Made by a program: the position numbers and the translations under genes. This document shows, piece after piece, positions 1 to 9,755 of a stretch of DNA of 64,000 nucleotides. The first letter of the stretch is position 1. The number at the start of each line of letters is the position of its first letter. Below the pieces are notes generated by a model, which saw nothing but the letters and a program-made list of their open reading frames with translations, had not been told where the DNA came from and made no database searches. Source of the stretch: Neoechinorhynchus agilis (lineage: Eukaryota; Animalia; Acanthocephala); assembly GCA_051530055.1 (NCBI GenBank), contig CM121341.1, forward strand, positions 2,592,128 through 2,656,127. The letters are read 5' to 3'.

Positions 1-754
1 TGACGACTACGATCTTTCCCTTCGTCCATCAGTGCGTCCGAGCCTCTTTTGGATTAATGAGCCTCCAACTCTCCTCGATGTCCACGGACGAAGACGTCCA
101 AGACCAGAGAAGTTTCGAGTTACTCTGAATGTCCAGGGATTCGATAAAAAGGATTTGAAGACGGAAATCATAAACGGGCGATTGGTTATCAGTGCTCGAA
201 GGCATGATAAATGCAATAAAACTGGAGATTTCGATTCCCGTGAGTTCCAAAAGTCCTTTGAGGTTCCAAAGAATGCAATCGCCGATCAGATGACGAGTTT
301 CGTGACCGGTGGAGGCGTTCTTGTTGTGGAGATTCCTCTGAAAATGGAAGAGCGCGACGTAAAACCGTCCGGCGGCCATGGACAAGTTGGCCTCTTTGAT
401 TTTGACGAATTCTTTAACAGCAATTTCTTCCCAAAAGTCGTGGATACTCCAGACGGGAAAAAGAAGATTGAAATGAACGTTGACGTGAGTTCGTTTAAAC
501 CAAATGACGTGCAGGTGTCTCTTAAAGATAATGAGTTGGTCGTGAAAGCTGAACATTCTACACAACAGTCAGAGGATGGAAAACAAGGATTCTCGAGATC
601 TTACTATTACAAGCAAGTCACTCTTCCACCAGGAACGGATGTTGAACATCTCACATCGCATTTCAGTGGAGGAAAACTCGTCCTTGAGGCTCCTTATGTC
701 GCTCAGCTTAAAGAAGACGAAGGGCATAAGAAGATCGAAGGTTCAAAAAAGTGA
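1..754 (+). CDS. Small heat-shock protein with two alpha-crystallin domains (p40/major-egg-antigen-like), 5' end cut by the window edge
   Basis: Open frame from position 2 to TGA at 754. Two ACD-like blocks (FRVTLNVQGF...FQKSFEVP...GVLVVEIP and IEMNVDVSSFKPNDVQV...YYKQVTLP...GKLVLEAP). Near-identical to the full copy at 37219-38061. Confidence 0.92.
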   Translation, partial: DDYDLSLRPSVRPSLFWINEPPTLLDVHGRRRPRPEKFRVTLNVQGFDKKDLKTEIINGRLVISARRHDKCNKTGDFDSREFQKSFEVPKNAIADQMTSFVTGGGVLVVEIPLKMEERDVKPSGGHGQVGLFDFDEFFNSNFFPKVVDTPDGKKKIEMNVDVSSFKPNDVQVSLKDNELVVKAEHSTQQSEDGKQGFSRSYYYKQVTLPPGTDVEHLTSHFSGGKLVLEAPYVAQLKEDEGHKKIEGSKK

Positions 755-2149
755 TCACTGATCATTCGTCTATTTTGGTAATGAATAGTTGTCTTTAATT
801 ATCCATCGAGAGAAGGGTAACGAGTGTAAAGATTCGTTTTTAAAATCTTTAGTTCACTCTTTCATCTTTATTCATTGATTTCATCGCTATGTGTCTTTTC
901 AATTCAAAGTTTTTTGACTCTGCCCAAAAATAGAAGATACGAGAAGAAACATTTTAGATAATAATGTTATTTTAAGGAATATTCACTGAAATAGTAATAC
1001 ATTTCAACATTTTGGCGATCGATGTTGTACTAAAGGAGTGCTTTGAACGAGTTGCTAATAATCTAAAGGGTCCATTAGTAAAAGCAATGAGCGTAGTTAA
1101 GGATTTATTAACGGACGTTATCCAGTTTGAATAGGAATCTCTTAGGGGCGAACAGTTGGTCGAAGTCAAAAAGTGCAAAGAAAAAAATCAAACTGCTCGA
1201 AGAGGCTTACAATGGTTCCAAACTGGAATTCTAAGAGACAAGCTAAAGATTTACAGAAATCGTCCAGTTCAGCGGTTATAAAGTGGAATACGGTTTTGTA
1301 AGGTGCCATCAGTATTGAATACTCAAATTATGATTCGTTCGAAATGAGTGGTGTTCAAAAGATCGCAAATGCTTGCACAATTATTAAGGACTTGGTACCA
1401 CTGTTAAAGATTATTCAGCCTGCAGCACTTAATGATCAAAAATTACTGTGGAGGATAGGAAAAGTGAAAGCAATTCACCTCCAGTAAATAAGATTGAGCA
1501 AAAGGTCCTGAGCGCCTTCGAAGTGTGTGAATTAGCCAAGAGGCTGCCAAGGAACGAAAAACTCTAGCCGTAAGGCCCTGTGTGTATGCGATTTAAGAAA
1601 GATAAAATAAAACATCGCAAATTTCCACTGCCCCTCAACCTCAATAAAAACCTAATATTCACAGCATAAACCATCGCTTTTAACTAACACCCTAAAACAT
1701 CCTTAACGCCCTAAAAAATCGAAGAGTAACCGGCTCCTCAACTTTTTTGACTATGTGCATCTGTAACGGCACCCCAATGGCCACAAAGGGTCACAATAAA
1801 AACACGGTGTCCGTCTCGAAACACGTAAATAATTATCATTCAGCCTTACTGGTTCAGATAATGTTATTGCTGCTATCTGCGCTGAGCATGCTAACGATGT
1901 CAACGTTATTCTCCATGATGTGGTTTTCATTACCATCGAGCCCAAGCGATAGCAACTCTCCAAGTGCAGTACAATAGGCCTGCAGGATTTCGCTAGGTTG
2001 TGGTGGTTAGCAGTAAAAATATCGACTTCTTGGCTCGTTACATGTTGTCAGCTCGTTTTGAAGAGTGTGCAAAGATTAAAATAGGCAAAAAGGTTTTCCG
2101 ATGGTCGCTTGATAAATTCAGCGCGTCTACTCACTCGCACTTTGATTTA

Positions 2150-2290
2150 CGGTAAACTCGGGCCTTCGATAATACTTCTCGTTCGCAGAGGGATATTGAT
2201 TGCGTTTAGCAAAAAGGACGGTAAGATGAGGAACATTGCAATTGGTTGTACGTTATGCCGATTAGCTTCCAAGATTGCCTGCAAAATCAC
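2150..2290 (+). mobile_element. CRE-clade non-LTR retrotransposon RT fragment
   Basis: KKDGKMRNIAIGCTLCRLASK matches the KK.GG.RPIA.G...RRL..K motif of the other CRE ORFs in the window. Partly repeated at 38796-38880. Confidence 0.6.
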
Positions 2291-2668
2291 ATCTCTTTTG
2301 GCGGTGTGTTCAGCAGGGTGATCCACTCGGTCCTTTACTGTTCAAATTGACTATCAATGAGCTAAGCAGCAGCCTTTAGTTGTCCCTCAAAGGACTAATC
2401 AATGCTCTTGGCAAAAACATAAAGCTCGTTCGTGAACAACGTGTCTCACTGGGATTGCTTCTGAGGTACAAAAAATGCGATATCATCGCAAAAGACGTTC
2501 CTAAAATACATTATCACTTTGATTTTATCCCAGAAGTAAAAATATATGACTTGTTCTCTGTAAATCTACTCAGTCAACCTCATTCATTTTATCAAGTTGA
2601 CAAATCTCTTCTCCAAAAAATGTTTATTTCCCAAAAATCGAGAACCAAATTATGAAAGCGATATCATC

Positions 2669-3496
2669 TTAAGCTAACCGCAGCTCTGCTACGCTGCTGA
2701 ACAAGGGATCCGTGAATTTGATAGTAGATTTGAAAACGAAATCAACGTTATGAACTGCGTCAATCTGCAAACGAAAACGATATTCTAAATTCAGCGACGA
2801 TAAGCAGTAAAAGCGAAGTATACCTTTCGAACCACTTTCTTTTGCTCGTAGTGGTTCAAAACCGGCATTGTCTGTTGATGAAAAACAGTAAGTCGTTTCT
2901 GAATCGTTTCCATATTATCATCTACTCTATTGCTCGTCTTCGCTCTTCCCAATAAGCGTTCAATCATTACCTTATCGGGAACTTCAAATGAAATGAGCAA
3001 TGTTGGTTCTCCAATCTGACAAAAAAATAAAATAATAAATATTCTGAGAAAAAAGATCTCACATGTTTCTCCAGTTCAATCGCTTGATCCAGTTCTCTTG
3101 GATATCCATCGAGCAAAAATCCATTATAATTCCCCGCTTCTGAAACCATCTTCTTCAATATCATGTTTAGCACGGTTTTCTAAGCAAAAGCCTCAACTTT
3201 TTCACTTTAGAAACATGCAAACACTTACCATTGGAACTAGTTTTCCCTCTGCCATAATCTTAGACAGTTCCTTGCCAAGATCGGAACTGGATTGGATCTC
3301 TTCACGTAATAAATCGCCGGACGAGATATGAAGGGCGTTATAGCGTTCAGCCAGTTTCGCACATTGCGTGCCTTTTCCGCTTCCTGGCCCACCGAAAAGA
3401 ATAAGAACTGGTTTATTCTTTAACGCGGATCGAATGTCTGTAACAATTCATATTGTTAAACACATATAGAAATCAGAAAGCACCTTTAGTATCCAT
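2669..3496 (-). CDS. Adenylate kinase (AK1/UMP-CMP kinase-like), 5 exons, 208 aa
   Basis: Exons 3496-3484, 3437-3229, 3179-3063, 3015-2824, 2764-2669; GT-AG introns of 46, 49, 47 and 59 nt. Spliced product [30 protein letters not shown]...[11 protein letters not shown]...[10 protein letters not shown]...RVDDN..TIQKRL...TAA, with P-loop and NMP-kinase motifs intact. Confidence 0.93.
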
Positions 3497-3663
3497 CAGT
3501 TTACCGTGGAATCTGAAAACGCCGGGAGTTTCTAGGAAAAGAACGGAACGATTTTCTCGTTGCGCTCCAGTTATGACTATTAACGACTATGACAAAATGT
3601 GATTCTCTGCTGTTTTTACGCTGTGAGAGTGCTATTTTTGGCGAGATGGTCTTATGCACGTAG

Positions 3664-3766
3664 AAAGTAGGAAACGCATTGTAAGTACGGAGAAAAATAA
3701 TAATTTCAAACCGCAAAGTAGGAAACGCATTATAAGTACGGAGAAAAAATAATAATTTCAAACCGC
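3664..3766. repeat. 51/52-bp tandem duplication upstream of the AK gene
   Basis: aaagtaggaaacgcatt(g/a)taagtacggagaaaaa(a)taataatttcaaaccgc occurs twice; the same pair lies at about 40252-40354. Confidence 0.9.
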
Positions 3767-4363
3767 TTATTAGAAAAGGAGATTAAAATTCACAAGAACT
3801 CCAGCTGACATGGTCAACTCTTGCGTTAAAACGCCACATTGGTGTTTTGAAATTCGCGTTAGTTTGATATTATTATTTGGAATTTCATCGAGTTTTTAAA
3901 TATATTGCTTTTAGTTCTCTAGATTTACAGGATTGTTTGTGTTTTTTATGGTAGAAAAATTAGTGGAATTCATTAAGTCTGATACTTCAACACAATATTG
4001 TGCCTTTATCGAGTTTGCTTGTAGGTTTTTACGACGAGCGATCGGACTTGATAAATTCCTTCAACCTTAATAAAAAAAACATGAACAATTCAATCTTCAA
4101 GGGTTTACAAGACTGCGGAATTTCCGACTTTTCAATGCAATATTTGGAAAAGAGAAAATGAACGCCATGATCACTCAAAGACGGATGAGGGAAAGCCACT
4201 TGGGTTTTTTGCCCAACTCTAATCGATTGGCAATCATTGGTTAAGCGCACTTAGTTTAGAAAGGTTAACTTTGTGCGATGTGACTTGTTTTAAATGGCTA
4301 AATTAAGTCCGTAGACAATATTTATTGAATTTCCAACCTTTTTCGTTATCACCTGTGCCGACG

Positions 4364-4511
4364 GAGAATCGGAACTAGACTGGTTGTCATATCTAATTTG
4401 TTAGCATAACTCAGGTATTGTTAAGGAAAAACGGGAGGCAAAGATCATTTCATCGTCTATTCAGATACCGGGATCCGATCATCTTGCTTTGAACGAAGTA
4501 TACTAAAACGT
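4364..4511. repeat. Dispersed ~150-bp repeat, second copy at 48395-48542
   Basis: gagaatcggaactagactggttgtcatatctaatttgttagcataactcagg... is shared in direct orientation. Confidence 0.85.
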
Positions 4512-5889
4512 CTAACAGAGAACACAAATTAGAAAAGTGACACTGATTGGACAAAAACGATGTGACTTATTAATAAAATGATTACAATTATAGCCAAGGA
4601 TTATAAAATGAATTGAACAGAACGTTTATTCCTTGTCCATTTATAGCCAGAATTTGTGAACGAATCTAATTTGTTATAAAAAAATATTCTGCATCCGAGA
4701 TCGAAGACCCCTGCACACGTCCCCGAAGAGCAAGGCATAGGACAGAGCTATGGAACGGAGTGAATGTTGGTGACGTCATTGAAAGCGCCCTGAGCTGGGC
4801 AGAGATGCTTGCGGTACAAGAAGGTTATTGTTAGTGTCGTTGTTGAAAGCTCTCTGAGCTGGGCAGAGAAGGTTGTGGTACGACGAGGTTAATGTCAATT
4901 ACGTCTTGTTGATTAAAACGTCCGATGTTAAAAGGCATTGAACTTTAAGAAGAGCTGGGTATAGACTGTACGGTCGTGCTGGTTGACGATAAGCGGCAAA
5001 TATCGATCAATCAATTCATTGATGTTGTATTAATTATTGAATTAAGTGATTGTTGGGAAAAAGTGTTAGTTGGAGCTAAATGTGATTTTACTGGAAACTA
5101 ACTTGGATGGTGTTGAACTGCATCTGAGTAGCTGTTGGTTGGGGTGTAGCGGTTAATATTGGCGGCAAATGCCAATTGATGACGTAATGCGCACTTGAAC
5201 TGTAATGTTGGTAATGCTGAGTTGATAAAATTATCTGACCTATGGGTCAGTTAGAATTGTGAAAGACTCACATAAATGGTGTAAACGGATATTGATTATG
5301 CTTCTTGGTTGAAGTAGAGGTTGAACGTTGTATCACCTGTTATTTTTAGCAGGGTTCAAAAACTGGGTATACATGGGATGGCTGCTCCGTCTGCAGTCGT
5401 TTCGCCGATGCTTGCATTGGCTATTGGTGCTTGCCTAATTGTCTCGTCTAATTAAGACGAAATAGCCATTGTGTTATAATGCACGAGCATAAGAGTTGAA
5501 ATTAACAATGGTTGATTTCTCGGTGGAGCTTTGTTGATATTGGAAATGATTACGTCACATAAGATGATGTTAATTATTGGCTGATGATTGGTTTTAACAA
5601 TCAAAATTAAATTCAAGTTAGTTGTTGTTGGACATAAGATCCGCGACAACTAGAAGCATTGTCGGGAAAGTATCAGTGGGGGTTGTTATTATTCGACCTC
5701 CACTAGATTGTGGACGGTAGCAATGACGTTAGTCTTTGTTACCACGATTGCCGCGAATGGCTCATTAAATAAGTCATGGTTTATTGGATCATGCGAATCA
5801 GATATGGATAACTGTGGAAAATCTTGCCACGTAGCTTCGACTTGCGGAGAAGTGCTTTTATTATATCAAAGTCAATGACGTCTTAGGGC

Positions 5890-6027
5890 GTCAGACTGTG
5901 CTGACTCTGCTGGGTGAAGTATGCTGATTGCATTGCCTTATTAGGCAGGCGACGTGTCTTTCAAATGTCTTCCCTATCAACTGAAGTTGGTAGTTTATAC
6001 GACTACCATGGTCGTAACGGGGAATCA
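5890..6027 (+). pseudogene. 18S rRNA fragment (degenerate)
   Basis: ggcgacgtgtctttcaaatgtcttccctatcaactg...ggtagttta...ctaccatggtcgtaacggggaatca matches the conserved SSU segment around nt 300-370. Confidence 0.85.
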
Positions 6028-6687
6028 ATCGTAGAGAATAGCAATACGAAGTTTGGAGAAGAGTTCTCTCTTCTTTGTTAGGAACTTTATCCCTGGAATT
6101 AGATCGTCTGTTGATAGGGTACACGTTCCGTAATGCAGCGCGACTCCTGCGATGTATCGAGAGCTTCGTATTGTCCTTGAAAATGTGGGCGCGAGAATAT
6201 TCAAACCGCTCGTACTGATTTCTGCAGCAGGTCTCCAAGGTGAGTAGCTTCTAGTCGATAGGGAAACGTAGGCAACGGACGTAGGTAAATTAGATCCGTA
6301 ACTTCGGAAAAAGGATTGGCTCTACAAGCTGAGCTGGCCGGGCTGTCGCGAGAAGCGGTATGTTGTCGACTCTTGGATCTGTCCCAGTTGTTTGTTCCTG
6401 CGAATGTGTCGATTTCGAGGACGGAACATGGCGCTGCGTTCGGTGGGCAGCGAAAGCTATGCTCCGCGTTTGTTCGGCGTATCCAAACGGGCACGCTCGC
6501 TTCTTACGCGGGGATCCGATCAACGTTAAACAGCTGGCCTAGAAATGGTATGGATAGGGGGAATCCAACTGTTTAATTAAAGCAAAGCATTGCGATAGCT
6601 GTAATCGGTGTTGACGCAATGTGATTTCTGCCCAATGCTCTGAATGTTAAAGTGAAGAAATTAATTTAAGCGCGGGTAAACGGTGGA
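6028..6687 (+). pseudogene. 28S rRNA fragment, upstream of the insertion
   Basis: Conserved LSU words: gcagcaggtctccaaggtga, gatccgtaacttcgg.aaaaggattggctct, gggggaatccaactgtttaattaa, gacgcaatgtgatttctgccca.tgctctgaatgt, gcgcgggtaaacgg. Many substitutions relative to the consensus. Confidence 0.92.
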
Positions 6688-7606
6688 CGTAGGTCTGAGT
6701 CCGACACAGGCAACACACATGATAAACGGCTATGGACTCCCGCACCTCGTCTGAAGATTACAAGCGGCCCACGACATTTCGTGAACATCGCTTAATAAGC
6801 TTAAGCAGTTCTGGCGGACAAAATTGAAAAAGCTTTTATTCCTGCCCCATTTTTTAAATAACGGGGTGTTGTTCCTGTCACTAAGCAAAGAGCATTCCGT
6901 AGTAATTTCAAGAATGAAGAGTTATAAGACCTCGACGAGGACGAGCGTATTTTCAAAAATCTAGAAGAATATCTTATCAGCATCGCTGGATCATTGTTCG
7001 ACATTTCAGTCAAGAACATGAGCAATATCTATACAGAATACCTCGAGAAGATGTGGGAAAACGCATCAACTCAATCTCTAGGAATAAACGTTTTCACTGG
7101 TGGACATTTCAATCACTCGGCGCTAACTATTCAATACCGGCGAGACAACCACCACAATTATACAATGCGGATAAAAATGCGGTATCAACTGCTGGAGGTT
7201 ACATCAAACGTTTCTAGGATGGAACTATGAGAGACGACAAACGACCGAAGCGAGAATGTTATGTCCGAAAAAGAAACAAAGTACAAAATTATCGCCGAGA
7301 ACATAGCAGCCCAATATGATTTCAAAAATATGACGTTAAAATTATTGATTTGGCAGTCGGAACAAGAGGAACGTACTCAGCCGCACTACTGAAAAGGTTA
7401 TGGGCGTTCAACTTATCAGACAAGACCGCGTTAAACATGGCTAAAACGACAGCGTTTCATGGGCCATACTTGGTCCCTCCGTTCATCACAAACGAACAAC
7501 AGCTGAAACATAACAATAGAATGAAGGCTAAATAACGAAAACAAACAAATTAACATAAGGGAAAAATGTAATTAACACTTACTGTTATCCTCTAATAAAT
7601 CGGCTC
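6688..7606 (+). mobile_element. 5'-truncated, degenerate R2-like (RLE) retrotransposon inserted in 28S
   Basis: The 3' junction abuts ta(a)ccaaatgcctcgtcatctaattag, the canonical R2 site. Frameshifted peptide remnants YR(R)D...LLEVT, EKETKY and AVGTRG resemble the PD-(D/E)xK endonuclease tail. About 20 nt of upstream target are missing. Confidence 0.65.
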
Positions 7607-8600
7607 TAACCAAATGCCTCGTCATCTAATTAGCGATGTGCTTGAATGGATTATTGGGATTCCTACTGTCCCTGTCTGCAACCTAGCGAGACCACAGCCA
7701 AGAGAACGGGCTTGGATAGTAACAGCGGGGAAAGAAGACCCTGTTGAACTTGACTCTAGTCAGTCTCTGTGAAGAAACATGATGGTCGCAGAATAGGTGG
7801 GAGGCTGCGCCGGTGAAATACTACTACCATCATTGTTTCTTTACTTACTCAGTGATTCAGGTAGCATTAATTCGCTAATTGCGATATATATAATTCTTTC
7901 TTAAGTGTCAAAGGAGTGTCGGTCTAAGAGCACAGACTGATTGGGAGTTTGACTGGGGCGATACATCTGTTAAAACCTAACCCAGGTGTCCTAAGGCAAT
8001 CTCAGCATGGACAGAAACCTCGCACAGAGCAGAAGGGCAAAAGATTGTTTGATCTTGATTTTCGGTACGAATAAAGACAATGAAAGTTTGCCTTTCCGAT
8101 CCTTTTGGTCCTCCGACGTCGCTTTCTGATCCTTCGATGTCGGCTCTTCCTACCATTGGGATGCAAAAGTCCCATAGCGTTGGATTGTTCACCTATTGAT
8201 AGGGAACGTGAGCTGGGTTTTGACCGTCGCGATACAGGTTAGTTTCACCCTACTGTTGAGCCGGTTGTTGTAATAGTAATCTTGCTAAGTACGAGAGGAA
8301 CCGCAGATTTACACATCAGGTACACGCACTTGTTCGAGAGGCCGATGGTGCGAAGCTTCGTCCGAAGGGTTACGACTGAACGTCTCTAAGTCGGAAGCCT
8401 ACCTTGGAGCAACAACGCAATTGCGCACTACGCGGTCTGGATTTATTACAAATGTGAGAACGAGCGAAGTTTTCTACGCAAAAGCTACGATTCTCCTCTG
8501 TGCGTAAAATCATTTGCAGACGACTTAATTCTCGGTAAACTTGTCATACATTGTAACCACCAAACTACGAACAATTGAGACTTCAACCCATAGGATCGGA
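7607..8600 (+). pseudogene. 28S rRNA 3' part (degenerate)
   Basis: ccaaatgcctcgtcatctaattag, gaaagaagaccctgttgaacttgactctag, gatccttcgatgtcggctcttcc, gggaacgtgagctgggtt, gtacgagaggaaccgcag, aaatcatttgcagacgacttaa. Confidence 0.93.
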
Positions 8601-8626
8601 ATTGAACTGGTCTCCTACCAATTTCG

Positions 8627-8766
8627 GCTGTAGTGCAACCCCGGCTTGATCCGCGATGGATTCTACGCGCAAAGATCGCATCTCAGCACTCAATCAAGTT
8701 TTTCTCTTTACTTTTTAACTGGACCAATCCCAGCTGTAGTGCAACGCCGGGTTGATCCGCGATGGA
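8627..8766. repeat. Two 34-bp direct subrepeats just 3' of 28S (ETS/IGS-like)
   Basis: gctgtagtgcaac(c/g)ccgg(c/g)ttgatccgcgatgga at 8627-8660 and 8733-8766. Confidence 0.75.
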
Positions 8767-9108
8767 GTCCATGCAAGCACGGTGTCTCCATCTCCGTCCC
8801 AAAAATAACTTTGACAAATTGGGAATCCAATGGATCCCCCGCTAGATGTCAAACTAGCGAGAACAGATACTACACTTTGATCTTAGCCTTTCGGCAAGAA
8901 GCGATAGCTTAGAACAGCGCACTCTAGGATTTAACTCTAAACATGTATCCGAATTAAAAACTTTCTGATTCAATACGTAATGCGAAGACATTTGCTGAAA
9001 GAACGCAATTTCCATTAATTTTTCCGATCGAGTTTTTCCTTCGAGGGATTCAGCTCATTTTCTGCATACAGAGAGTCTTTCCCATCTAGAGATTCGTTTG
9101 TAAACATG

Positions 9109-9285
9109 CAAATTTTCGAGGCCTCAACCTCCTTATCAAACATCTAAAATCATATGTTGTAGGGGAGCTCATTTGATCCCTGGACGCGGGACCATCAATT
9201 TCCGAGGTGACTCTTCACCTTAAGTTAATTCATTCATTTAACCGTAATGTTCGTGAACTGCAATCGTTTCTGCGAAGTGTTCAGA
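9109..9285. repeat. Repeat whose other copy is split by a retroelement (11911-12025 plus 13185-13245)
   Basis: aaattttcgaggcc...ctcttcacctta is followed directly by agttaattcattc...gtgttcaga here; in the other copy the two halves are 1.16 kb apart. Confidence 0.85.
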
Positions 9286-9447
9286 GGGAATATACGAATT
9301 TAGCATCCTCGGTTTCAGTCTTATTTGAGACCCCTCTTAAGAACACCTCGAAAACTTTTTGTTAAGCAATCCATGTTTTGTAAACTTTTCAATATTCAAA
9401 TCAAAAACATCGTTCAGATAAACACAACTCTGTTTACCTTTCCGGAG

Positions 9448-9454
9448 TATAAAA
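9448..9454 (+). promoter_or_regulatory. TATA box of the small secreted-peptide ORF
   Basis: TATAAAA followed by a G-run, 59 nt upstream of ATG 9507. Confidence 0.6.
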
Positions 9455-9506
9455 GGGGGCGAGATGAGATCTCAATCTATCGCCGTCGATCTTCAAACCG
9501 CCAACA

Positions 9507-9755
9507 ATGCTCGCTCTTTTCGCGATTCTCGCTCTCGTCTCTTCAATGGCAGTGGCTAACGATGATCAGGAAACTCCACTCACGACAATGGAACCAATGG
9601 GGCTCGCCGATCTTGGATGTCCATGCCTTTTGCTAAATCCGAAAGCTGCAGCTTCTGATGAAGTGAAGAACGAAACTCTTCACGAATTCCGATTGTGCGC
9701 ATCTTGTGGACGTAGCCGGACCACCGCCTCAATACAGGCGACCGCTCAGGCTTAG
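9507..9755 (+). CDS. Putative 82-aa secreted peptide of unknown function
   Basis: Signal-peptide-like N-terminus MLALFAILALVSSMAVA, upstream TATA box, ccaacaATG context, four Cys (CPC and CASC). Confidence 0.55.
   Translation: MLALFAILALVSSMAVANDDQETPLTTMEPMGLADLGCPCLLLNPKAAASDEVKNETLHEFRLCASCGRSRTTASIQATAQA

Noticed and set aside
29-565. 178-aa and 69-aa antisense ORFs (also 37408-37944 and 37757-37966)
   Set aside because: They are shadows of the sHSP coding strand with no independent motifs.
1400-1520. BEL/Pao integrase C-terminus (LWRIGKVKAIH)
   Set aside because: A single weak motif with no supporting neighbours.
5891-8192. ORFs overlapping the rRNA sequence
   Set aside because: They are incidental frames within 18S/28S-derived DNA.
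5890-8600. Functional rDNA unit
   Set aside because: Most of 18S, 5.8S and the 28S 5' half are missing, and many normally invariant positions are substituted.
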